DNA of 64,000 nt from Lytechinus pictus (lineage: Eukaryota): the NCBI RefSeq assembly GCF_037042905.1, contig NC_087250.1, positions 24,430,001-24,494,000 of the forward strand. Reading direction: 5' to 3'. The notes below the pieces were generated by a model. That model did no database searches and was not told the origin of the DNA. It saw nothing but the letters and a program-made list of their open reading frames with translations. This document shows, one piece after another, positions 38,364 through 50,672 of the stretch. The position numbers were made by a program, and so were the translations under genes. Position 1 is the stretch's first letter. Each line of letters begins with the position of its first letter.

Positions 38364-40906
38364 CAGGGGCGGATCCAGCTTTCGCCAATAGGGGGGGGGG
38401 GCGGATTTTTTTTCAGCCATATTTTCCCCGATCGGCCGCTCGAAGATGTTTTTTGGTTTCTTTGAAGGGGTAATCCTAGTAGTCACTTTTTAGTTTTATT
38501 CTTATAAATCAACATAAGTATATAATATCATGATCCTTATTTATATAATGCGAGCGCGAAGCGCAAGCTAATTTCTTTGGAAATCGTATGCATTTTTTTC
38601 CTAAAATATGAACATTCTGGGCAATGTTTGGTATCCTGAAAAAGATGTGTATGCAACTAAATAATTACTACAAACGCGAAGCGCGAGCAGAAATGAACTG
38701 ATGGAAAAGGTACTTGTTGAAGACTGTATGCAGTTAGCCATGAAGACGTTACATATTTTAGAAATCAAATAATGCGAGCGCGAAGCGCGAGCTGAATTTT
38801 TTTGAATTTTTAACCTAAAGAATGGAAATTCTAAGCACTGTTTGTAACTTAAACAGAACAGGTATATGATTAAACCATTGATGCGAGCGCGAAGCGCGAG
38901 AGAAAATTTTTCGAGATTTAGACCTACTGAACGAGACACATGTTTTGTAACTCATGAAAAGGATGAGTAATTGGGGATCTTCCTTACATTAATAATGCTC
39001 GCGCAAAGCGCGAGCAGAAAATTTTTATACACGTTTTGAACTGATCGAAAAAGTACCTATTAAGGACTGCTTGCACTTAGCCATGAAGACGTTACATATT
39101 TCAACAATAAAATAATGCGAGCGCAAAGCGCGAGCTGAAAATTTTTGACTTTTCTGCATTAGAATGGAAAATTTTAATCAATTTGTGTAATTGTGAACAG
39201 GATAGCTATATAACTAAACATTGATGCGAAGCGTGAGCGGAAAAAATCAAGATTTAGACCCCAAAACGGGACACTTTATTCATGTTTTGTAAATCATGAA
39301 AAGAATGAGTCATAGGGGATCTCCCTACATTAATAATGCGACACAAAGCGCGAGCAGAAAATTTTTGATATTGTGATCTGAAACTGGATAATGATTTAGA
39401 TAGAGAGCAAGTTGAGTATCTGAATAAACATGTGCGCGCGTGTTTCATATTTTGACCTAGAATCTAGGCATTCTAAATACATATTTTATCATGAAATTAA
39501 AAGCGAGCGCGAAGCGCGATCTTAAACTCTTTGATATTCCGATCTGAAAAAAAGAGTCAATTTCAGCTCTCTATTTCAAGCACTTTGTAGAAAAATTGTG
39601 AGGTGGATATGGATCGCACTTGATAAAGAGCTGATATTTTTCATTATAATTACTTTGAGTTTTGATATAGGACATAGGACACCGGATAGGACATCCTTAG
39701 GACATCCTTAGGACATGTCATCATAATTATGAAAATGATGACTGTCTTCCTATTCATCTTGCTAAGCGCGAGATGAAACAAAAGGGACATTTCAATTATT
39801 AAATTGATATCTTATTCATTAATGCCTAATGAGGGCGCGAAATCTGATGATATTATGGCCTGAAAAATTGATATTTCAAGCACTTTTGTAATTATAAATA
39901 GGATGCATCAGTTAATATATTATTAACCAGGGGCGGAAATCTCTCCCAAAAGGTAGGGGGACAAGGGGCTGGAAAACGGAAAATTTGACAAGCAAAAAAA
40001 AAGGGGGAAAAAAGGTTATCATCCCCAAAGTAAGGTCATCTCGTCCTAAAATATATGTTTTATTTCGATTTTGAATAATGTATTTCTTACCATCATAAAA
40101 GACCACAAATAGTAGGGGGGACATTTGATATTGTGTCCCCCTACTATTTTGAGTAGGGGGGACACGTCCCCCCTGTCTCCCCTGGGATTTCCGCCCATGT
40201 TTTCAACCATTAATGCGAGTGCAAATTGCGGGCCTAAGTTTTGTATACACTGTCATGAAAAGGGATTTTAAGTAGTTTGTTATGTAATCAATATTGAGAA
40301 ATACATAACTCGACCATCAAAATGCGAGCGTGCAGCGCTAGCTGATACGTTGTGACAATCAAACCTGAAAAGGGATATTTTGACAACTTTATGGAATACA
40401 CGAAAATAATAGGTACCTGATAAATCAAAATTTGCCAGTGCGCAGCGCGAGCAGAAAATGTTAATATTCAGACCATAAAAATGACATTTTTACAAAGCAG
40501 TTTTAAAAATAATTTAGTAAATCTCACAAAATAATGAAAGTTCGATTTTTAGAGATGAAATATGTTTTGTATATTGACTTCCAAACTTGATATTTAAACT
40601 CCATATTGAACAAGATAACTTATATTGAACAAAATCACCTAACAGGCAATGCGAGCGCGAAGCGCGAGCGAATTTTTTTTATAGTGACATGAAAGATTCT
40701 TTTCATTTTTCAAGTCTTCCCCTCATCTTATTTTATTCACTCGTCTTCCTCCTTTCCTTTTTTTCTCCTCTCTTTTCCCTCCTTTTTTTCTTTCTTTCCT
40801 TTTTTTCTTTCTTTCCTTTTTTTCTTTCTTTCCTTTTTTTCTTTTTTTGCTCCGCCAATAGGGGGGGGGGGGGCGGGCCCCTCGGGCCCCCCTGGATCCG
40901 CCTATG
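38364..40906. mobile_element. Non-autonomous element (CAGGGGCGGATCCAG TIR) with GCGAGCGCGAAGCGCGAGC tandem units
   Basis: CAGGGGCGGATCCAG ... CTGGATCCGCCTATG with AATAG on both flanks. Confidence 0.8.
39928..40199. mobile_element. hAT-like MITE nested in 38364-40906
   Basis: CAGGGGCGGAAATC ... GATTTCCGCCCATG; imperfect TSD TTATTAAC / TTTTCAAC. Confidence 0.75.
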
Positions 40907-41529
40907 AATAGTAATGTGTCGTACGTACGGCACATGTCCTGTATCACACACTCTGTCGTACGGGAGAACTTTTAATAGGACAATTATTGAAAAATGAAGG
41001 GCAGTAATTAAATCCTTATAGGATAAATCGATCACCCATGGGTCAAATATAGAGAAACTTGTAATTGTAAGATTGCATCATCAAAAATAAAAGTGGAGGA
41101 AAAACTTTTGCATTTTTATGTGTCGTACGGGACATCGCCTAAAATAGGTTCGGAAAAATCAGGGCTGCCTCTATTATGGATCATGAAAATGTTGTAGATA
41201 TTATATGGAACCATCAATGATACATTATTCCATTGACCTGCAATATTTTCAATCTTCTTGTGCTTTGCCAATAATGGTTTCAGGCAGTGTTTGTACTTGA
41301 CTATTTAATCAGCAAAATTATTGAAAATCGAAAATTCCATTGTTTCCCCCTAAAAAAATATATCTGACTTCACTTTTTGTTCAAACTCATAATTTTCATA
41401 AAATCTAGGTATCATAGTAAAATACTATACTACTTATGACTTATTGAAAGCATGTTGAAATTTATGATATTTTTGAAGTTCTAGAGTGGAATCGCCCCTG
41501 GTCGATATTTTACAACTCCCCCTCAAAAT

Positions 41530-42040
41530 TCTGTCAGGACACGGAAATTATCTTTCTCCCGATCAACAACAACAAAAAAAAGACTGCTTCAAGTACTCTT
41601 TCATTCCAAGAACAAAGGGCGGATCCAGGATTTTCCAAAGGGGGGGGGGGGGCAAATTTTCTAGAGGAAATATTTGATAACCCCTCCCCCCCCCAAAAAA
41701 AAAAATGTTTTTTTCTATCCCATTTCGTCAACGAAAAGTTTGACAAGCAAAATAAAAGGTCTTCACTTCAAAGGGGGGGGGGGGCACACTGGTGTTTTCA
41801 CGGAACCCCCCCCCCCTCCCTGTTTCCGCCAATGCCAAGGACTATGGCAGAATTGAATATACAAGCAGCAGACACACGTAAAGTTAAATCGATTGATGGT
41901 TTTAAGACAAGGCTAAACAAAATTCAAATGTCTACTTTCATCCAGGAGGGGGGGCACATCATATTACAGACGCCTGCATCAATTATATCCCGATTGAGGA
42001 GTATGCCTGCAGTAACAGGAAGAAGAAAGAAAAAGAAGTT
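41530..42040 (+). mobile_element. 3' end of a CR1-group LINE interrupted by a hAT-like MITE (41614-41834)
   Basis: DCFKYSFIPRT|MAELN resembles the terminal YSFFPRTIxEWN motif; GAA-rich tail. MITE TSD is CCAAGAAC / CCAAGGAC. Confidence 0.6.
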
Positions 42041-42113
42041 TTAGTAGTTGTTCGAAAAAAAAATATTGGAATTTTACTTACAACCGAGTGCACTCTTTTA
42101 GTATCAGGCCTAT

Positions 42114-42127
42114 TTCTCTTTTTTTTT

Positions 42128-42159
<32 letters not shown>

Positions 42160-42365
42160 TAGTTTCTTAGTTTCTTTCTTTCTTTCCTCACTCCCCCCTC
42201 CCTCATTCCTTCCCTTCTCTCCCTCTCTCTCTCTCTCTTTCTTTCTTCCTTCCTTCCTCCCTTCCCCCTCTCTATCCCTCTCTTTCTTTCTGTCTTCTTT
42301 CTTTCTTTTCGTTCTTTCTTTGTTTTTTCTTTCTTCCCTCCTTTTATTTTCATCTTCTTTCTTAC
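42114..42365. repeat. CT-rich polypyrimidine simple repeat
   Basis: (TTTC)n and (CT)n runs. Confidence 0.9.
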
Positions 42366-42399
42366 TGATTATGCTGAAGCTTACAACTAGTTTGAATAC

Positions 42400-44865
42400 G
42401 TTATGTCAGGTTTTTATATTAAACATTTTCCCCTAAAATGGAAAACAGTAAGGTGAGAGGAACTTGGATGAGTGACAGCATCTATAGTTTAATTTAATAC
42501 AAGAAATTTTTGCATAAACCAAGCAGTTCTAATGAATCTAAATATAAAAGAATCAGAAATGCTTTAAATACTACAATAAGGAATGTAAGGAAACAATATT
42601 TTGAGAAGAAATTTGCTGCATTTAAAAGCAACATTAACGTAACATGGAAACATGGAATCTTGTAAACTTAAACTAAATAAAGGGGACAAAGGTTTTTGTG
42701 AAATTAAAATGAAGTGTATTGGCGAATTAACTACTGACTTTATTTTAATTTCCAATGCATAAACCAAGCAGTTCTAATGAATCTAAATATAAAAGAATTA
42801 GAAAATACTTAAAATACTATTGTACAATAACGAATGTAAAGAAACAATATTTTGAAAAAAAAAATTGCTGCATTTAAAAGTAACATTAAAGCAACATGGA
42901 CTCTTGTAGAATTAAAGTACATAAAGGGGAAACAGATTTTTGTGATATTAAAATGAAGTGTATTGGCGAATTGACATTGACTTGATTTTAATTTCCAATG
43001 CATAAACCAAGCAGTTCTAATGAATATAAATATAAAAGAATTAGAAAATACTTTAAATACTATAATAACGAATGTAAAGAAACAATATTTTGAGAGAAAA
43101 TTTGCTGCATTTAAAAGTAACATTATAAAGCAACATGGAATCTTGTAGACTTAATAAAGGGGACACAGGTTTTTGTGATATTAAAATGAAGTGTAGCATT
43201 AATTCCTAAGGTTGAAAAAACAAAATTTCTTGGTGTAAACATTGATTCAAAATGACTTAGAAATTTCTCATACAAAATATAGAGAAGAAAACATAAAAGA
43301 ATATACATTCAGATTAAGTTACTTTTTACCAGCTAATATTGCGAATGTTGTATTCCACACTTATATTGACATATTTAAAGAGATCACTTGCAAAAGGGGT
43401 TAGGTCCATTATCATCAAATTTGATTTTTTTTTTTGGTCTCAATGTAAAGATTTTTAGTAGCTCTATAAGATGATACCAAAGAAAAGTTGAAATTCCTAT
43501 TTAAAAGTGATCAAAAATGGTAAAGAAAAATCACTTTTTTTCAAAAGGGGTTAGGTCCATTTCAGTTTAGTTGCAAAAGGGATTAGGTCCACACCGATTT
43601 TTTTTTGGAAAAGAATAAAAAAAAAAAATATGAATAAAGGTAGATTTCTTTTATACCCAATTTTATGTTGTCATGGTAGGGAATCTTGAAAATTTAGTTT
43701 TGCATAAGAATATGCAATATATAGGAGAATTAAAAAAATAATTTTCTTGGAGTGGACCTAACCGCTTTTGCAAACAAACTCTTCTGAAGAGCTCATTTGT
43801 CAAAAGGGGTTAGGTCCATTGTTCATAAATTTTATTGTTTCTGTCTCAAAACCTCTAAATTTTTAGTCACTTTGATGAAAACAAAGAAAATTTGAAATTT
43901 ACATGAAAAACGTGAGAAAAAAAGTGGTAAAGAAAATCACTTTTTTTAATCAAAATAGATTGGATTCATATCAGTTTACTTGCAAAAGGGCTTAGGTCCA
44001 CAATAATAATTTTTTTTTTTTTATTTATAGAAAAAAAATTGAAAACAGGTACATTTCTTTTATACCCAATTTCATGTTTACATGATATAGGGTAGTACAA
44101 CATGACAATTTAGTTTCTCATAAGAATATTGCCGTAAGTGAAAATAAAAAACATGGTTTTTCTCAGAATGGTCCAAAGTGGACCTAAGCCCTTTTGCAAC
44201 TAAACTCTTCATTTGTCTTATTGTAACTTAATGGAGTATAGTGCTTTTCAATCTAACCTAAAAGAAACTTGTTGCAAAACAAAATAAAATAGTTAGAATC
44301 ATAGCTGGAGCAAGCCCAAGATCTAAAGTTAGCACATTATACTCCGAGTTTAAACTGCTTACTGTAGAAGATATTACAACCTACCAGAAATGTATTTTCA
44401 TTTATCAGTGTATCAATCGGCTTATGCCTGTTAATTTTTCTCAGTTGTTTGATACAAATCAGAATTTATAAACACGCTCCTCTTCATTAATTCATTTGCC
44501 AAGACACAGGACCTGTTCGTATCAACATAATATTCGTGGAACAATTTGCCTATACAGACATGAGAAATGCACCAACTTTGAATACTTTTTAAGAAAAAAC
44601 TTACGTCTGTTCCCTAAATTTTGTGATTTGCTTTACAGTTTTATTTGTGGGATGATTGGGTTGATATTCTAATATTTTATATAAAGTTGCCTCCCCCATT
44701 TGTTTTCCCCTTGTTTTGTATTGTACTCTGTTTAGATAAGGTTTTTTCATGTATTGTTTATGTCACGGTGCACTCATCACAAGCTGTGCTTTCTAAGTTG
44801 CTACCTCCATTGTTTTGTTCAAGTTCTTAAAATGTATTAATGCTTTAATTTAGTTGGAAATAAAT
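42400..44865 (+). mobile_element. Decayed CR1/L2-group LINE ORF2 remnant with internal triplication and MITE insertion
   Basis: Peptides YKKFLHKPSSSNESKYKRIRN, VEKTKFLGVNIDSK, MLYSTLILTYL|SYCN and QNKIVRIIAGASPRSKVSTLYSEFKLLTVEDITTYQKCIFIYQ. AATAAA near 44859. Confidence 0.75.
43377..44210. mobile_element. Head-to-tail dimer of a Sola-like MITE (units 43377-43784 and 43786-44210; 4-bp TSD ATTT)
   Basis: Each unit runs GAAGAG..TTGCAAAAGGGGTTAGGTCCA ... TGGACCTAA..CTTTTGCAA..CTCTTC. ATTT flanks the pair. Confidence 0.75.
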
Positions 44866-44926
44866 GTACTTTTCATTTATTTTTATTTCTTGATTTCATT
44901 TTTTTTGTTTTGAATAATTTGATTTC

Positions 44927-44927
44927 A

Positions 44928-44958
<31 letters not shown>

Positions 44959-45135
44959 CAAGTGCACATCTAGTTTTCCAATAATGCATATGGCATTTCC
45001 ATTTATTTGAAAGCAGGATATAAGAGCATTGTAGATTAAATGCCTTGCTCACGGGCATAGGTGCCGCGGCTGGGATCGAACCCCGGACTTTCCATGTATA
45101 GCCAGGCGCCTTAGACCACTCGGCCACGGCACCTC
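44927..45135 (-). mobile_element. tRNA-derived SINE with poly(A) tail
   Basis: Minus strand GTGGCCGAGTGG (A box), GGTTCGATCCC (B box), CCCGTGAGCAAGGCATTT body and an A-tail. Confidence 0.85.
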
Positions 45136-45739
45136 AACTTGCTTTCATGATTTCCTCCTAATTGGTCTTGCGCCATCTGCGACAAATTATGCAGTCTGCT
45201 TTCGAGATCCGTACCGTATAAAAAATGTGTGCATCTCTCTCTTAAATCTACTTTGAATTTTGACGAAAACTGATAAGTGTGAAACTATGCTGCATGTATA
45301 TCTATTTTAAGAGCAATGTAATGGTATGATTAATTAATAGAGGGATTAGTGCAGGTACGTCAGAAATATGATAAACGAAGTGTGACCCTTTTGAGCACCG
45401 GAACCCACCACACGAGCACCACTCATTGCGAGTATCGCGGGTGATTCCTTCCGAAACTTCCCGGGAGGCATTCTTCACTGCACCGTTGTGAGGGCCCGGG
45501 CGGGCGGATCTCGAAACTATGACTCTATGTTTGAACACTCACACAAAACCTCGCGCACACCGAACCGCGTTTGGCCCTGGATTTCTGTAGTCGGCAAACA
45601 TTACTTTACACTCACAGTCTTACAGAACTCAGGGGCCCGTTTCTCAACACATGGACAAGTTAGTCATATCTTTATCCACCAACCACGGCCCGGAGTTAGT
45701 TCCAATCTTACTAAACCTGTTTCTCGAAAGGCTTCCTAA

Positions 45740-47315
45740 CCCAGGACCAAAATCCAGTTGAAACCAATTAGAGCAAAATTCAGGGGCGGATCCAGCTTTT
45801 TATAAAGGGGGGGGGTTGGGGTGGTATGCGAGGGAGCGTTGCGACCGAGTCCAAGCGAGCGGAGCGAGCGAGGGGGGAGGGTGTGGGAGGGGGGTGTCCC
45901 CCCTCCCACAGTAGGGAAAATTTTTGAAAATCTGTGTGTGAAAATGGCGAAATAGAATAAAATAAAATTACAAGTTAAAAAAAAAAAGATAAGATTTAAA
46001 AAAATGGTCCCCGGATTTTTTTTGGGGGGGGGGGGTTGCAACCCCCCCAACCCCCCCTCTAGATCCGCTTCTGCAAAACCAATTGAAACCAGTTGGCCAA
46101 TTGGTTTCAATAGGGAAATTGTAACAATTAACTGGAACCAATTGAAACCAGTTGCCAACTGGATCCAGTTAAAACCAATTGGGCAACTGGAACCAGTTGG
46201 CAATTGGTTTCAATTGGTTCCAGTTGAAACCAATTAAGCAACCAGTTGGCAACTGGTTTCAATTGGTTCCAGTTGTTCCAATTTCCCTATTAAAACAAGT
46301 TGAATCCAATTGGAGGTAACTGGTTTCAATTGGTTCCAGTTGAAACCAATTGGAGGCAACTGGTTTCAACTGGAACCAGTTGAAACTAATTATTTTCCAA
46401 CTGGATCCAATTGGAACTTCCAGTTGGAATGACTTAATTAGTTACGAATTAATTATATTTTGCACTAACTATTGCTCATGCCAACAAAGAAGCAGTGCTA
46501 TATGTCTATAATACCAATGTAAAGGGCATTGATAATTAGACTTTCATAATGTATATATATTCACATGAAAGATCTTCAAATATATGTATTTGTATTTGAT
46601 GTAATTTGGTAACAGTTAGTGGTGTACTAATTATCTTATAATCTGTTTTAATTATAATCTATAACATTTATGAACATGGTTTTCACTGCTAAGCATTCTA
46701 AACACTTAATATCTGAAACAAGTATGGTACTTGAAATAGAAAATAATTAAATAGATACATTTTAAATGATGATGAATCACATAAAACATTAATCTGTGCA
46801 CACTGGCAGTTAATATGCAAATTAACTGGTTTCAATTGGAACCAGTTGGGTAACTGGAAAATTTTCAATTGGAAACCAATTGGAAGTCATTTCCAGTTAC
46901 CCAACTGGATCCAGTTAGGATTTCCAGTTACCCAACTGGTTCCAGTTAGGATTTCCAGTTACCCAACTGGTTCCAGTTAGGATTTCCAGTTACCCAACTG
47001 GTTCCAGTTAGAAATCATTTCCAGTTGGAAGTCATTTCCAGTTACCCAACTGGTTCCAGTTAGGATTTCCAGTTACCCAACTAGTTCCAGTTAGGATTTC
47101 CAGTTACCCAACTGGTTCCAGTTAGGATTTCCAGTTACCCAACTGGTTCCAGTTAGGATTTCCAGTTGACCAACGGGTTCCAGTTAGGATTTCCAGTTGC
47201 CCAACTGGCTTCAATTGGTTTCAACTGGAAATTGTTATATTCCAGTTAAAACCAATTGAAACCAATTGAAACCAGTTGGAAATCCAACTGGTTTCAATTG
47301 GATTTTGGTCCTGGG
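45740..47315. mobile_element. CCCAG-terminus (EnSpm-like) foldback element with subterminal repeats and a 31-bp tandem array (~46890-47210)
   Basis: AA|CCCAGGACCAAAATCCA ... TGGATTTTGGTCCTGGG|AA; dense AACCAATTG / CCAGTTG motifs. Confidence 0.85.
45781..46073. mobile_element. hAT-like MITE nested in 45740-47315
   Basis: CAGGGGCGGATCCAG ... CTAGATCCGCTTCTG; TSD imperfect. Confidence 0.7.
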
Positions 47316-50300
47316 AAGTCTAACTAGAATACCTGCCGATATCGATACTATCGGTAAAAATAGCAGACGAGACGTAGCCTTAGTCACAAAATAGCATAAT
47401 TTTGAAAAAGAAAAATTATGACAAAATTGAAAATATTGTGATGTGATGAATTGGGAAATAAATCTTTTCAAAATAATAGCACAGGTGAATTATGCATCAT
47501 ACATACTTAGACTTTAGAGTTAGACCACGAAGACTGGACCATTCAATTGCAGAGAAAATTGAATTATGAATAATTCATTTCATGATTAAAAAATCACTTG
47601 TGCCCGAGTGTGGACGTTGAGAAGGGTACCCCCGGGATATCCAATTTTAATAGCTTACGAAAGTAAACCAAAACGGTTTTCTTTGTAAAATGATGATAAT
47701 CATTCATACGTTTATTTATGGTTCCAAACATCATCAAAATATAGTTTAACATAAATTTTTTAATTTTTACATACCGAAACACACGATTTTACAAATTCTT
47801 TGCATAAATTAGAGATAGCATTTATCAGAAATGTTGATAAGTGTCTGAAAACGACGAATACGAGTCCAGTTATGGATGACCTGACGTGGTAGAATCTTTA
47901 TCGATTCAATTATTTTACTATTTCAAAATGAATGGTTTTGTTGTGTTTTACCAACAGTTTTTATAGTTTCTGTGCATTATAATTATTATTGAATGATCAA
48001 TCACACCTTTTTTGTAATGTAATTTCAACTTCTATGAATGATTACGTAAGATTATAATTTTCAAATTTCGAGGCTCTTTTGCATGTCATAGTCTACCCAC
48101 GTGATGCCACTACGTCATTAAGAAAGAAGTTATGACAGGTTCTGAGGTGTCATAAATATTTAGTCAGGTTGTTGTCCCCGATCTTGGCAAAGAGGGCTTC
48201 GTGAAACGGTTAGCGGACAAGTAGCTCACTATCTTCGATTTAGTCAAGAAGTTAGACTTATGACGGTGTTGAGAAACGGGCCCCAGATTTAGAAGTAATA
48301 TTTGCCGAAACTCCTCGTTGCTTCGTTACTCACCGGGGGGCGGGGATCTTTCAAGTGCCATTATTTAAAATCGTGAATTTTTTTCTAAATTTATAAATCA
48401 AAAGCGCTAATAAATTTCACAACCTGGGCTTGATTCAGCTCCTCAGTAATTTTGTAACTGTGGTCTGTGTCTAAATTATTTTAATGCGCAATTCTTATAA
48501 TTACTTGTGTGGGGTTGAAAATAATCATATGGGGAAATAAAGCGCTGCCACCAGTTGTGGGGTTGAAAATAATACAAGTCTTAAGTGGGAAAAATAAGTG
48601 TTTAACTGAAGGAACAGAAGCTCAATCATACACATCAAACAGAAGCAAATGGAGAGGAGAAGATGGAACTTAACTATGAAGACGGGAACAAAATAATGAA
48701 CTTGACTCAATGAAGTCTGGTTTTGGTAGTGCACTGTTTTAATCTCTGGGCTACTTTGCCTCAGTAAAACTCAAATCATTGTATAATTTGCATAAATATT
48801 GAAATTAATATAGTCAACCAATCAAAATAAAATAAATGGAAGGATCGAACTAAAATGTAAGAACCCAATTCATAAGATAAACCAATAAGGAATGAGATGA
48901 GATGACAAAGATGTCTGGTGATTATGTAATAATGAAAGTAGAAACTAAGGAGTCGGGTAAGGGATGGAATGAGTGGAACACCTGAAGAGAGAATAGAGAA
49001 GGAATGAAGATGACAAGAGAATCAGAGGAAAGGCATTCAAAGTAGAATGAATGAATGACAACTGAATATCATTACACTCAAATAACCCAAGTTCAGACTG
49101 CAAGGACAGTGCTGAAAAGAAATGCAAATGAACTCGAGTCTAGACGGAACAGAAATGTAAAACAGCTGAAGAAAAGTCAAAAGAAATAAACAAAATCTGA
49201 AAATGACAAAATAAGCATCCTTCACTTGATCAGGTCTAAATGGGCACCATTTAAATGAAATACCTTAAAAAACGTTACGGTATTCAAGATTATAAGTGAT
49301 GATAACACTTTTTTTGCAAAATAATTCAAAATGATGACTAGATCTAATTGAAAAAAAAATCTATGCAACTTGAACAAAACAAGCAGTACGTACAAGCTTT
49401 GTTCGTTTGTCAATAGTAGGCCTACTGTCCACTAAGGCAAAGTCTAGATACTCTATAGACTATACAATGAAAAGATTGGACACTTCATGGACTTTGCATG
49501 ATGCTTTGCGTCGATTTGCGTGTAAAATAGTTTTAATAGTTGGTGTGTCTACATGTAGTCTTTCCCTTGTCGTGTCTTTAGTTTGATATGAATATAAACC
49601 GCGTGCCCACATTAGGCAAAAATTTGATGTCGCGGTTTTACAGGCAGCGACGTCAAGATCAATAAAAGATATTGTTCATTTGGAACAGAAAGCTAAAAGA
49701 AGTCACCAAAGGGACTTTATATCAATGGGTATTATTAGATTTTAGATTTCGTCAAAGTAATTCATTTCGTGCAATCCCATGGAAGTGTGTCATCTGGACT
49801 CCAAAATCTCCAAAGTGGAAGGATCAGCTCAGATAGAGAGTTGCATGCGCCATGCCTTGATTGTCCTGCGCACGGCAGCATGAAAATGAATTCTTGAGTG
49901 TGTTTGAAGTGCAGCTGAGTGTGCAGAACGAGCGGCTGAGGTTGAGAGCTGTGCCTCTTACTCAGTCTGAGATGAGGTGTGCCAATTATCAACTCTCTCC
50001 ACGATCAGAACTTTTTAACTCCTAATTCAGCGTTAGCTACCATCTTCAGACGCTCACTTTTAACTCATCATTATAGGCCTATTTTATTGTGCTTTCTAAT
50101 TTACTTTTCTAATTTTCATTTCCTTTTGGAGTAGAGTCTAACGTTAGATGATTTTGACTTTCATTTTTTCATTTATTTTTATCCCAACTTCCCAAATAAA
50201 TGTTATCTCGGAAGCTCATTTGTATCATGTAGACCTCTAGACCATTGTATTATAGAAAAAAAACTAAAGGCCTACTTGCCACTGATTTCTTTAGGCCGAC

Positions 50301-50621
50301 ACTCATTATTGGAAGGGAGGCAATATTTTCTGCTCATCAATATCACATTTCTTTATTTGCCACCAAATCCAAAAATTAATTCTGTTTGGCAATTGCAAGT
50401 AAAGAAAACAAAATTGAAGACAGTTGTCTCCAGAATTGAAGACTTTCACTGAAATTACATGCACGCACCATCATAACAAAAGTCTTGCATAGTTATGAAA
50501 TTGCTCCTCTACTGTCTGATTTAATTATCAGGAAAAAAAAGTTTAGCTTAATTAATCCTACCCATTTTTCTTTTCTTCTTTTCTCTCTCTGTCCCTCATT
50601 TGCAGATACCATAATCTAAAG

Positions 50622-50672
50622 ATGTCATTCAAGAGAGAAGGAGATGATGTTTCACAGTTGAACCTTCTGAAG
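50622..50672 (+). CDS. SCNM1: SCNM1 coding exon 1 (MSFKREGDDVSQLNLLK)
   Basis: Acceptor at 50605 implies an upstream non-coding exon. ATG at 50622; donor GTTTGT. Confidence 0.9.

Larger units (their letters stand above)
38192..41498. mobile_element. Harbinger-like MITE split by nested insertions
   Basis: GGGGTGATTCCA ... TGGAATCGCCCC termini. The motif GTGTCGTACGGGACA recurs on both sides of the inner element. Confidence 0.6.
45633..48283. mobile_element. Harbinger-like non-autonomous element (TSD CAG) hosting nested elements
   Basis: CAG|GGGCCCGTTTCTCAACAC ... GTGTTGAGAAACGGGCCC|CAG. Confidence 0.8.

Noticed and set aside
45058..45135. tRNA gene
   Set aside because: A and B boxes are present, but there is no convincing anticodon arm and the sequence continues into a SINE body and poly(A) tail.
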